Origin: Fimbriosthenelais zetlandica
Lineage: Eukaryota
Reading direction: 5' to 3'
Length of the DNA: 64,000 nucleotides
NCBI GenBank assembly: GCA_977030845.1
Contig: OZ365116.1
Span: forward strand, 20,336,001 to 20,400,000
Below are positions 1 through 13,900 of the stretch, one piece after another. Below the pieces are notes generated by a model. That model saw only the letters and a program-made list of their open reading frames with translations. It searched no databases and was not told the DNA's origin. Position 1 is the stretch's first letter. Every line of letters begins with the position of its first letter. The position numbers and the translations under genes were made by a program.

Positions 1-349
1 TTATCTCGATGTAGAATTTCTTAAATTTATTTTTTGTTGTAGATGACTAATATGTGCATCATTTCGATCCAAGTATATTGTGAATAAACCATCTCTAATA
101 GATTTGATACCTCTACGAAGTTAGTCCCTCGACCTGCCGTATGCCCATTTTCCGGCTCAAATTCTCGGTACCGGTAATCAACATCTCTCGCTTGAGCCAA
201 GGATAGTTGCTTGAGCCTCGGCCGACTTCTGAGACTACTGTGACTACAGAAAATTTTAATTAAAGACGAAACGTCATTTCATGTTGATTTCATATCGCGA
301 GGCAGAGCTCCCCCTAGCGGAGTGGAGAAGCGCCCTCTGAATAATTTCG

Positions 350-1060
350 ACCGTGATTGGCTGACGGCCACACGGCTGGCTATAATAAATGAGCATTCAA
401 CCCACGGTCTTCTACCAGGAAAGCTTGTGAGCTGATTTAGAACATATACCAAACATCTCGCTATAGTTATATTAATTTTTTTTAATCCGAATCGGCCAAT
501 AAAGGAGGGCCATGGCCCGTTATGGGAAGTCGATAAACATGATCATGCTTGCATGGCTTGGATCACAGACGCAGTGAGTGACTGAGATCCAAGTACGGTA
601 GGCCTATTATGGGAAATCTGTATCAGTATAGACCTATATTGCAGAATTAAAATGGGAAATCCAAATTTAACATGATTTTCCATGCAAATACGGATCATAA
701 CACTATGTTTTGGTGTCATTTTCGAAGCAAAAGACGGACAAGATCCGACAAGCTCAAAATATAAACAAACTGATCCCGCGGGAAAATGGAAACGAGGCTG
801 AGTGACGTCATCGCTGAGTATTATGGGATATGTCAAATGATCCAGGGGCCAGACTCGCGAAAGCACAAAGCACATGTGTTGAGTGCAGTTTTCACACGGA
901 AATATGCAATTAACGTGCTCAATAAGTAGTGTCACACTTAAAAAACTCGAGAAGATACGAAAGATCAACTTTGCAGCTTTGTTACTGTCAATTTGTAAGT
1001 AGTTATTTGCTTTAATTTTGTCTTTTTCTGTCTTGTGTTGATCATACGCCACCATGTTGG
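350..1060. promoter_or_regulatory. CpG-richer promoter region, possibly bidirectional; likely non-coding first exon ending at 994
   Basis: CCAAT boxes at 356-360 (-) and 496-500, CRE TGACGTCA 803-810, donor gtaagt 995-1000, YY1-like CAACATGGTGGCG on - at 1047-1059. Confidence 0.5.
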
Positions 1061-1786
1061 GCGCTTGACCTGAGGCTAAGGTGAAACCCTGAGATTTGAC
1101 AGCATTTTGGAGAGTGAAAACATTCAGTTATCCCACGGAAAGTTACCAAATTTTGATAAGTGGGCACTAGTTTACCTATTGTTAAAAAATATAGTCACTA
1201 TTTCGTTACTTCGGTTACTCCGAGCCAACATTCACAACCTGTTGATTCTGGTAGTGGTACACGAGTTGCTTGGCCTTGCCCGGCCTTACTGAGGCTTAGC
1301 CAAGGGCCAAGGCCAAGGGGGTTTGATCATATTTTTTGGTCATTATTGAAATATTAGCCTATGATATCGTTAGATAAAAGAGCCTATATATAATACAGAC
1401 AATTCTGAATGAAGTATCCTGTAACATTGTAATAGGTCGGGTTCCCACTTCCACTGGTTCTACTTCAATCCAATCATTGTGACCATTGACATTGTGCATT
1501 GTCATTGATCCTTGACCATGGCTTGACCATGTGTCATTTTGTGAAATGCCTACCTTGTTACAATCTGATATAATAATTAGAAATAAGAGAACCGTTTTGA
1601 ATATCATCACTCTGACTTTGTGCCTCATACAATTTTGTGTCCTTAATTAATTAGATCTATATGGATATATATATCTAGACTTATAAACACATTTTGAACA
1701 GGAATTGGACAAAATTTGTTATGTAACATGAATGTTATTCTAATAAGGTCGTATTGTAATTCAGAATAAATTTACAAGTGGCCAGC

Positions 1787-1951
1787 ATGATGGAAGAAGT
1801 TTTCTTCAGCGATGAGAGTAATACCTCTTTAATCACACAAGAGGAATTCTCTGATGCACTCTTCCATAACTGTGATGTAAAGAAAACAGGCCGGGTCAAA
1901 GTGGCATCCCTTATAGAGCTCCTGAAATTCTCTACTGACCACAACCCTGAG
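1787..1951 (+). CDS. Exon 1 (MMEEVFF...DHNPE), first half of EF-hand domain
   Basis: Acceptor ttcag at 1764, ccagcATG, donor GAG|gtaaat, phase 0. Confidence 0.92.
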
Positions 1952-4900
1952 GTAAATTAATGTAGATTTTAAAAAACATGAAAATATATTTGAAAGTACC
2001 GTACCTTATATTTTCCATATTAATGAAAAGCCTAGGCTTCTTATTGACACCCTTGATTTTAGAATAAATTTACAATAAAATCTCACATATATATGTAACT
2101 TAATAACATTTCTGGACCGATTAAATTTAGAAAAAATATACAATTATATTTTAATTTAATTTGTATTCATTTAACTAGGTGTTGAGTGGGATTGCTGAAT
2201 TGGCCAAAGTCCTTGATCCTGATGGTAGAAATATTGATATCGATCTTCAATCCTACCGTCTCATAATGGCTGACTGGATCCAGAGGGTCAGGACTCCAAT
2301 TGACAGGTAAATCAACCTCTAAATAAATTGGTCTTTAATACACCGGTATCTTTAATTAAAGTTACATCTTTGAGGAAAATATCCTATGGTATCATGTATT
2401 AGAATACATGTACACATGTATATTGATCGAGTTCAAAGTCAGGTTGCCTTTTTGTCATTAAAACAATAAATTTGTATAAAATTGTTTTAGTAAGATGGAA
2501 AACTGGTTCATGAATAATAATGTTCAAATCTTTTGAGTTGAGGTGATTAATAAGATGCGTATCGGGCGAGATAATTGCAAATGTAATATTATATTGCCAC
2601 ACTCCCCTATTTTCACCTGTAACATTTATTATGGCGATTAGAGACCCATGGAGATATAATCTGGGTAAAACCTGATACCCTAACGCCCTGTTACCTTCAG
2701 TCATTTACATCTACATTAGCCATATAGCTATTCCTGAAACCCTATATATAAGGTATAGGATGTCAGGTAGCGCGCAACCATTAACACCAATCTAGCCGTC
2801 ATTTTAGTTGAGCAGCCAGTCGCCAGGACTGCAGCACAGATCAGATCTGGTGTCTGACTCAAGTCTGACAATACACGTGTATATAGTCTTAGACCAGGGC
2901 TCTATAATGAATAGTCCACTCTATGGTTCATTCTGGGAAGAACATTGCCTCCAGTAATTTTCATTGATTATGACCATGCCAGTATTAAAGAGGTAAAATT
3001 GATAAGGGTGAATATGAGGTATCATGTACCGTATTATGCTGTCCGGGCCAGCAGGGCTAATTCACCTGACATTTAAATGGTACCACTGTATATGAATCAT
3101 AGATGGCTTAATTCAGCAAAATATTGTTTTAGAATACTGGTTCACGGGTTCATAAAAATAGTAGGCCTACCAGTCATGCGGTAAGAATTACACAAACTTA
3201 TGTCCGACTCCCAGTCAAGAGTAAGAGAGACTGAACACGTGCCGGCCGGTTGTATTAGATGATGTAGGAAACAATCAACACAAATTAACGCCTCTATTGC
3301 CATTATTGTCATGGCAACAAGTACATGTAGTTCTTACCATCAGCAACATATATGTGTAGGACGACTGGCATAGTGCTGATTGACATGTATTGGCGTACTA
3401 TGAGATTTTTTAACCTTGTCTTTGATATAATTGCGCTATAGGTTATTTGAGTGTCATTTTAATTTGTGAACAGTGTTGTTGATGAGGAAACGCCCACTGT
3501 AAAAGAAACCAAGACAAGTACACCGAATAAGAAAGGTCCCCCAGTACTGAGTGAGTTTTTCTGGTTACATTTCCTCCTCATTTTAATGTTTGTTCATTAG
3601 CTATAATGCCATGAGATGAAGGCTAACCGAAAGAATAGTGTGTTAGTCACAGTTTTGTGAAACCATTTGAAGGCAAAATACCACGAACTTAATTGTTCAT
3701 TGTCACTGAACCTGCATTCAGAATAGTTGCCTAGTAATTGACAAACACTCTTTGACCTACAGTACAAGGCTGACAGATTTTATGAGATGAAGTTTACATA
3801 ATTCTCATTCTGTTTTATGAGAGTCTCTGAGAGGGATGTTCTCTACCACTGCTCTGTTCCACTTTTGGGAAATCTCAGTCTACTAAACTTCATTTTAAAA
3901 TTTCAGACATGATGGCTTACTTAGAGGGTTCTGGGGATTCTCATTTTGCAAGGTTAGTGAATTTTTATATTTTATATTTTGAGGACAAATTATAATTTAC
4001 ATTCTGAGAAAATGAAGCTAAGGTTAACAACTTGACTCTAAAATAAAATATATTTTCTCTATAGAAGTTGATGTTTCTTGTTTCAGTAACGAGCTTCAGG
4101 AGGAGGTGAAGGACTTACAGTTCCAGAATCAGCGCTTGGCGAAGGAAGTGAGCACATTAAAGACTTATCTAGAGTCTAGTGAGGAGACGATAGCCAGCAA
4201 ATCCTCCCAGATTCACAGTCTCAACAAGAACCTACACCTGTATGTATAATAACCTTCTTGGCTTCACTTGTCCTAAAATTTGCTAATACAATTAAAGTTC
4301 TCATATTTATGTAAGTCCTATTTCTGATATTTAGCGTATAAAACAAAAAGTTTACAAAATGTCTTCTTCATTAAGGGCCCTGCAAGATGGAGTCAAACTG
4401 AAGAATTTGGAAACAGAAATACAGGAAATGAAGGTGAATTTAGCAGGGGTAGAAGCTGCCAGACTGGAGGTTCAGGTGGAACTTGTTCAAACACAGAAAG
4501 AGAAAACAGCCTTAGAACAAAAACTTACCCTCACAGAAGAAGAGGTATGGAGATTTTCTCTGTATTCTTATAATTTATTTATTCATTCATTCATTCATTT
4601 ATTCATTCATTGTATTTATTACCATGATTCATTAAATCCTTCTTTTCACAGGTCTCCCAAGCATCAGCTCAACTTAGTGACATGAAGATTGATAATAATC
4701 ATCTCATTGACAACCTAAGAAATGAAAAGGTATGACATGTTAGTGTTAAATATAGGCCCTAGGTTGTTAGTCATTGAGAATTTTTCGTTCAATTATTAAA
4801 TAAATATTTGGTTGAAATTTATTATATATGTAGTTACCTGAGAATTTTGTCTCCTATAACACGTTGTCCTTCCCTTGCAGGGTAATGTACACTGTTTGCA

Positions 4901-7900
4901 AGAAAAACAATATGCGATGGAGAAAGAACAAGCAGAGGTAAGCTTCAAATTCTCAAAATATTTAATGAAAAATTTTGGAATGGGGCATCTGTCTTTATGG
5001 ATCACACAAATACATTTTATTATATTTGTATTATGGAAAAGTTTTCAAACTATTTCTATTATTTTATTTCAATTCCTCTATTCTTCCCTTGATATTATAT
5101 AGTTGATTTTGATATTTACTCATTGGATTTCCCTTAAGTGCATTATATGTCGTACTGACCTGGTGTTTTTACTTTCTTGTAGTACCGTGCTAAGTTAGAG
5201 GAGCTGCTGACTACAGTGGAAGACATCAATAAAATCAATGAGGTAAGATGATCACTTCATCTCTACTCCCCTTATTCTCATCAATAACCCACTGGTCCAT
5301 GCACCAGGGCAACTGAATCAACCCTCTGTTCTTCCCATCTGGGAAAATTGGTTTATTTTGTGTGTTCCCTTGGATTTCAGACAAGCAAAGTATTAATCTT
5401 ATTTCCATGGCTTCCTCTCTTATCATGTCTGTTCAAACTGGTGGAATATTTAACTTGTTTATGTGAACCCTGGTAAAAATGGTAGATCTTTACTTTCAGG
5501 CAATTGTAATAGTGTCAAACAAAATAGTGAAAAGAAAGAAAAATAATTTTGGAGGGTTACATTTGGTGAATGGTTAAAGCTGTAGATTGAGTAACATGGG
5601 GTGTGGCTAACACATACTTGTTAACTGAAGCATCCATGCGGCTATATGAACTGTCTGACCGCATGGGGTTCACCTACTACCCCTGATGAAGCCTTGGTTC
5701 AGACATTAAGAAAAGGTGAAATTGCTGAAAATATTTCATATCGTAAATACTAAATTACATGTCTCAAAAAATGTTTTAGTAAAATAAATTTATTGATGTG
5801 TGTACTAGAATGAAATGAGTGATCAAACTTAGATTAATTAGATTATAGACCTGTGTAAAATAATTAATTCCCATAGGGTGAAAATACTCCTTCCTCCCAA
5901 GTGATGAATTTTAATAATTTCATTAAATGTTGCCCTCACCATCTTCTTTGTCATGAGGGAGGCCAACACTGCCAAGCCATGTAAATGTTTATGTAGATAT
6001 TCAAACACACTTTTTGTTTACATAGCACTATTCTCTCTGGGAGTTCGTGCATAAAGATCGCTACTTCCTTACCCTAACCTACTGCTCATTAATAGCTCAA
6101 TGTACTCATGTTTGTACATGAAATGGTAAATAAAATAGTGGTCTTATTCGACCGTCTATTCAAGGAACAATGGGAGAAGTCCTCTACTCAAAAAAAGGGA
6201 TATAAAGTAAAGGCTGTTTTACTGCCATAAAACCTCACAAAAACTCATCACTTTAGAAACCTCATGGCATGAGATTCTGATATCCATATCCGAATAATTA
6301 AATGGATATTAATTCAGATAAGAGTACTTTAAATGTCTGATGGAAATATATATAAAGAAATAATTTAGATTTTCTTCTGTGATGATTCTTTAATCATTGG
6401 ATCATACGTGGACATCTATTGAACTGCCATGTTAGAATTTGCTGCCAGTGAGGCGAGCAGCAGCTGATGCTGGTCTACCAGTCAGCAATGTACATACATC
6501 CAATCCTCACTCCATGTTGACAGGTGGCACTCATAATACCTGTCTACGATGGCCCATATCCACCATCTCATCCCATGACATTTTTCCCATATAATCCAGT
6601 AATACTCCTGTCCACCTTGTATTTATTTTGTGTTTCTCCGTAATGCATTGAATATATTTTCTATTCACTGTATTGATATGAATTATGTGGAGGTAGTCAA
6701 ACTCTTGTCCTGTTTTGGATAGTTTGGGCCACCGTAGCTTTATATATAATGGGTGAGATACACTCCAGGGTTGGATCACAAGCTTCCTCCATAACCGCCC
6801 TCACCTCCCACTCTTCCACTCAACAGGAGGAGTTTTGTCATAAGATATTGAGATTATCAGCAATGATGGTTTTTCAGTGGCATGATAGTTCCTCTAATCA
6901 GCAGATGGAACCTGATTCCTGAGTCATGGAATTATTGTATGGAAGATCATGCGGTATGATTACGTAACATTAGTGTGAACCTTTAGTGCTGGCTGTATGT
7001 ATAGGTTATTGGAACCCACCAGATATCATACCTAGTGTCACAGTGCTCAACAACATGGATTTATAGTCTTAGCGGATAACATGTATCGGCTGGAGAAAAC
7101 CCCAATGCTTGGAGACACTGGTCTTTTCCCCTCCCGGCGAGTTTATAACAGTTGTGCTAGTGATCTTTCCCCTGATTTGGATCCCAAATCTGATTCTGGG
7201 AGGATACCCAGATCCAGGGATACCCCTATACACCTGACGGTGCCTCATCCAGGTGTACATGGTGTGTTAAAGTCTCAGAGTGAGTGGGATAATCGCCCTA
7301 ACATGATTACCATGAGCCCCAGTGATACAGATGAACGGGATGACAGTGAATCAGTGGACAGCGCCTTTTCAATGACTCCTGAAACTCCTGTTTATGAAGG
7401 CAAGTCAGGGAGAGGTTTCCAACCAAGTTTTCCAGGACTCCATTCAACCTGGAACTTGCAAAATATTACTAAAGTTTCACTCATAAATAATTCATCTATA
7501 GATAGTCCACTCGAGAAACAGCCTCCTGGAAAAAGTCCGGTTAATGAGTGTCCACTTGAAAGTAGATATCATAGATGCGATATTGAAAAACAGACGGTAG
7601 ACAGCATGGATTTAGAGAGTAGTGAAGATTCAGGAATTGTATCTGAGGAAGGAACAGGGAGAATATATACCAGCTCTATCTCAGCTTTCTGTACGGGAAC
7701 AGACATCATTGTGTATGACAAAACAGTATGTACATGTACTGTACCACTGATCATTGTGAGTTATAAAATTAATACATATTTCAGTGTTAACATGGATAGC
7801 TTCAGGGCTTTTCTGTGTGATGTAAGTTTGACATAATATGGTATCTTGACCCTGTAGATTGTGTTAATAGATATAATATTAAAAACCATTCAGTTTTACC

Positions 7901-10900
7901 TCTACATTTCATCTGTTTTACCTTTACATTCTATCAAAGAGATTGCATGAATGCCTTTTTAGTTATATGGAGGTCATTGCTGTTTTTGTAAGCGGATATT
8001 GTTGACTTTGATTTCATTTGAATTGAGACCATTATGTGAATGTTGTGTGTCGGAGTATGGCCTCAGGTCATGTGAACTTTGCCCACTATTACTGCAGCAT
8101 TGCTCATTCACTCATCTCCATCTAGCGTGTCAGTCTGTTTGTATCATTGATTTAATTATGATCATGATTCCATGTTTTGGCCGTAATGTGTGGCCATCAC
8201 CTTTGTTTCAATATGTAACCCGTACTATTTTCTGGTGTTATTTACTAACTTTTTGTCAGTCTTGAGGTACGCTATATACTTGTAAATTTCATCAATATAT
8301 GTACGACTAATATCTGTAAGATTCTACTTAAAGAACCATCTATTTAATTTTGCAGAAGTTGAAAACTGAGAGGTCCGAACTCAAAGTTCAGCTGTCAGAA
8401 ACACGATCAGCATTAGACGTGTGAGTTTAAATCCGTCAGTAGTAAACAAAAATGTATTAATGAACTTCTGTTTCTATTCCGAGCGAAATTTGAAATTTAA
8501 AGCATCAGCATATTACTCGTGTATCATAATCTCATTGACTGTCTCTTCATGTAGATCTGTATTATATTTTCTTTCTTTACCAGGGCGATTCTCCAGGCTA
8601 AGTTAGGCGTGGACGTGATGCCTTTATGTGAGGATGAGGACGAATCATTAGACAGTGATTCATTCCCCTCAACTCCCTCAATAGCGTCTGAGCTCAAATT
8701 CGAGGTAATTACAGAAATAAAATTGAACTTTACTCTTCCTAATTGTAAAAGACTGTAGCTCAAATGTTTTTGAAATGGTGACAATTTCTCAAAATAAAAA
8801 AAAAAATATTTATTATAAATTTGATGATAAATTGACTTTCCTCTACAGCTTGGAAAGACACCTGAAATGCCAGTGCCTCTATGTGGTAAGGATTACCAGG
8901 ATGTGTTTGGGAATGGGAACAGAACGCCACCCAGAAACCAACACGATGAATCCTACATAGACATGAACATGTCCAACATCATGAAAAGCCCGGAAAACAC
9001 AACCTCATTACCAACAAGCTTTGAACAAATTGTGAGTATTAGTTTCTTTTTAGTTAATTTCTCAATAATTATAAATGGATATTGTTGGCCCTATATCCAC
9101 TGCCACATTGAAAATATATCTCCTTTGATTTAGTGTTTTATTCCTGGGCGTTTCCATGACAATTACAAGCCAGACATACTTATGCATTGCGCCACCATAC
9201 GAGCTTAATGTTGAGTCCACACGCAGGCTATCATATTCTACCCTACTAACTGCTATTTATAGAGATCAGCTTACCCAGAATAGACGCCCAGTAATTGTTC
9301 CCATTCTAAAAAATCATCTATAGTATTTTATTATTGATTCAAATGTTTAATGTAGATTAAACAAAGATATGATGTTAATAATGGAAATATATCTTGATTG
9401 AGAGATGGATAAATATACCTGTGAATATATTGGTTGAGATGCCATCAATAAGAAGGTAAACCTTATTTGTAGGTGGCCTATATGGAGAGTCGCAAGCACG
9501 AGTTATTAGAGAAACTGAGCTCTATCACCCATCAGCGAGCCAGCTCTAGTGACGAGGACTCCATCAGCCATATTAATATGAAATATGAGAAGGAGCTGGC
9601 CAAGTTTGCTGAGAAAATAGCTGCCGTCTACACTGCCAAACTGGTGACTGACAAAAAACTAGCCAAATTAAAAGGTAACATTCCTATTGGTTGACACTTA
9701 AAACCGCTCCATGATTTGCTCATCCCATTTTTAATTCAACCTTCCAATGCAATTCAGTAAATTTCGAAAATAAAATTGACTTTGTTGACTCATAGGTAAA
9801 TAAAAATTTTCTTTTCAGTGAAACAAGAAGATGTGGAAACCCGTCACCAGATGGAACTGGAAGAAGCTCAAGCTGCTGCCAGCAACCAACAGGAGGAGTT
9901 ACTGAGCCGGTTAGAGCAGCTCAAGCTGGAGAAATTCAAGGTGATTTTACCCGTTATCCTCCTTCAAACTTCCATATCAGTGTTTAGAATTTTCATGTAC
10001 AATTTTGGAGAAAATGTTACTTCTGCTACAATGAACTCAATATTAAAGATAAAATTTAAGGTTTATCTTGGTTCATAGCATACTTTAATATAATATAAAT
10101 TCTCACCAGACTTTAGCAGATAACGTTTATTGTTAAACTATGATATCTAACTGACTGTTATTTGGTTGTTGATTTAGTTGGAGGAAACAGTATGTACACT
10201 GGTCAGACGCTGCTGTATTGTGACAGATCTTCTTGATGAGAAACAAGAGCTGAAAAACCAGGTCCAGCAGCTGAAAAGGCAAGTCCCACTTTACTTTTAT
10301 TTGATTGTGGAAAATGGAGAGAATTGGTTTTGAGAATACTTCACAACATATCTAGTTATGTGAGGTTTAGGTTTATTTTAGGCTCCTACCTCCCAACCGC
10401 TGACCAACCTATCCCTCATATATTTATGGGTATTTAATATGTGTGTGTGTGGGGAGCGGCCGGTCTATGGCACTGGCTCCAACCCCCCTAACCCCTCCCC
10501 AACTCAGCCCCATATGTGCTTGGCCCATTATTTGGATTGTTTTAATATTGCTCCTGTGTTTGGCCCATTGTGATTGTCCCACCTTTTCCCCATATAATAC
10601 AGATTTTTTGTTTACTCACGCTTTAATATTGCTCCTGTGTTATCCCCATTATGTGTGTTGTCATTATGTGTGTTTTCATTGTGTCATTGTCTTTGGTGAT
10701 GTTATTGTGCACATGCCCCATCATACGTTATCTACGTAGTGCTATAGTCTACTCCCCCTCTACCACACACACACGTTTTGGGCCCACCCCCTTCTCTCCA
10801 CCCTCTCAACCAAACCCACGCCCCCACAGTTTGTTTGGTTTAGAAATGTTGAAGTGGCAGTGGGAAGCTTTCATGTATGTCAGCTTTCAATGAAGCTTTC

Positions 10901-13900
10901 AAATCTCTGTCAGACACAGGTTTCTTTTTAAATGGCTTGGGAAGAATTCTTTTAAATCAATATGTGAACAAGTGGTGGTTAATTAAAAGATTTGCTTGAA
11001 TGAGGGTGTGTGAGAAGAGCTCACGAGAAGGTAGAAACCAGTCCTCAATAGAATGGGGTGGCAAGGCTGTTTAGCTTATATATACATATTACATTAAATG
11101 CCAATAATCAAAGGAAGTAAAATGATGTTTAATATAGAAAATCATCCATAATATATATGGTTTAATGTCACCGATTCTCTCCATTTTCGTCATTGATGTT
11201 TTTACTTGGTTCTTGAATGTAATTAAGCCTTTCAGCGATTGAGGTGAAACGGTGCATGAAGACCAGCTTCTTATATGAGTGTCCAAGGTAAATGAATAAT
11301 GTTAAGGAGTTAATTATTAAGTTTGCATTCAAGTTTGTTATTTTTTTCCGACTTTCATATTGATTCATGTTTATCAAGGTTATATAAAATGTTAGAGTCA
11401 GGAGAAAATACCAACAGATTAGTATCCACATCTATATTGGCGTGGCCATGCTTGATTAGTTGTAACGTTTCCTTTAATAGCAGCTCAGAATAGCTGGGCG
11501 GCATACTTGTTTACCCACCCATGAAATATAAAGACGACCCATCACCCGAGAATAGAGTGCAAACATGGCACTGAATATTACTCAGCCACTTACATGGAAA
11601 GCCTTACAATGGGGCCCAGTAAAAATAGAAGTTCAATGGCTTTCGATAGCTTTAGGATAGGCTTTTTCGATACATTACTTTGCTTGGCCCCAATGTGGCA
11701 AATACTTGATGCAGATATGCATAGCGAAACTTTAACTGACATGCTTTTGAAAAGCTATATTCATTATTCATGAGGTCAATTCTTTTATTTTTTTTTTTAA
11801 ATTCAAAGACATGCCTTCAGGACTAGTGATCTATGAGCAGTAATCTGCATTGATAATCTTGGTACTGACTCACACATGTTCCCTATCTCCTCTACTGCCA
11901 GGAGATGTAATCATATACATCGATTCTCCATATGAACACATCTCATCTGACAACTTCCTGTCAGTTCCTGACTTTTGATAGTCCGCATCAGATTGCGAGG
12001 TAAAAATGATCTACCCCATATCCTGTCCTTTATGGCGCAACCGGTGTCTGTGTTCACATGACAGTGGGTGGTGGAGATGGGTTATCACATGCCATGCCTC
12101 CAACTGTCTACAGTCATAAACATGTACACGACCCATTGCTGCCATTTGAGATCAGCAGCCAGGTATATATGGAGATGCAGGCACGTCATCCCTACCTTGA
12201 TTTGACTTAAGACCCCTACACACCAGTATCAGCCCCCCCCCTCCCCCCCCCCCCCCCCCCCCCCCCCCCCCACCACCAGCACACCCACCCAGCCACCTTC
12301 ATTGACTAATTCAACCCGACAAGCCACTAAGTCCTGTCACTCCCAACAGGCATCCTTATCTTATCACTTCAGCTGAAGTCTCCCCCAATCTTTGATCTGA
12401 TCTCCTCCAAGTACATCTCATTCCCACAGCATCCTGGCAAGTGTCGATTATTTAATCCATCCTAATTCTTGTATTTCAACTGGCTGTTAGCCCATCAGTG
12501 CATGAAAAAAAAACCCTAAATTAAATTTACATTTTTTACATTGAAAAACTTGTAATTTTATGGACAAAAGATTCATGTATTTTGTACCAGTACAGTGACC
12601 TTCTCCCACGCAGCTGCTAAGTCTGGGAAACCCAGGAAGGATTTTTTATCCTACATATTGACGGACATTATAAAACACTGCCCACTCTTGATATGGCCTC
12701 AAGGTTTATTGATGTGGAGGTGGGAGATGGCCCCGTTAAGTAGAGCAGTGTGTGAGTGATATTTAGTGGAAATTGGAGAAGATTCGAGCCTACATCTGGT
12801 GGTTTTATTTAGTCTATACCGACTGCAGCTCATGGCCAGAGCTGGAAAATCATCATAGTAGTATATAAAATAGTTACATTTCTGATGGCAACTCTAAGTA
12901 GTATAGAGACACTAGGGAAATAACACCCCTTTCTCATGGCGTGTGGCATTCTCAAGATAGACATAAGTTACTTCTAATTTCCTGTCTTCTTCCTGTCAAA
13001 AACTATTCATTAAGAACTTGTCTGTTGTTACCACTGTGGCGAAATGAGTCCTCCCTCCTTGTCCTGTCTGAGACGTGTCTTATTTGAGAACCACTGCGTA
13101 GAAGTATTACTGGAATTATTTTATATCCCAATATTTATACCTATGCTATCATGGGTGGGCTTTGTGCGCCCACATACCATGTCTCCATGTGTGGCTCTTG
13201 TTTTTCCTCTTGTAGTACAGACTATATTATACGCTATATGATATAGAAGCAATGATTGACCTGATTAAGTCCAGGTCTGGCTGTAATTTGTGCCCGGGAC
13301 TCTGGTCTATATCACTGAGTGAGAGCCCTGGAGGCTGTATTAATATAGACCAGGGCTCCACCTTATTAATGTGCTTCACCTTGAGTTTTTGTGTCGTGAT
13401 GTCATCCTACCCTATGAACATGACTCTGATAATGTAGAAGGGTAATAGGATACTGAAGAAACGAGCGAGAAAATACTCAGTCCAATACTGAAAGCCCCAA
13501 GTAAAAGTCATAGATGAAGATAAGATCTTTATGCCAGGATTTAAGGTACAGATCCGCCACTGACATTAAAAGACTCTCATAAATATTGTTTAAAGCTGTT
13601 AAATGATGGCAGTAGCCACTTGCCAAGTGAAGCCTTATATCCAGCACATGAGTTGCCTTTTAGGGCGACCAACTGTGAAAGGATCGGTTTACGATCAAAG
13701 ACTCGCATCTACTGCGGCTAAAAAACCATTCATAGATCCCTGTATTCCGCACCTTATCTCCTCCTCCCAGCATCTTAAGATCACCATTGACTATTATACC
13801 TATAACCTTATTTCTCAGGAACCTCACTGTAAGCGAATCAATAGTTTTAATTCAGTCTTCCCAAACCGACCTGCTGAATTTTATTTAGGCAAAGAGTCTT

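Noticed and set aside
10443-10893. Hydrophobic ORFs just after exon 15, one with a TM-like stretch then ...YLRS...GPTPFSPP, superficially KASH-like
   Set aside because: They derive from a TG/T-rich repeat, there is no stop after the prolines, and no in-phase acceptor was found
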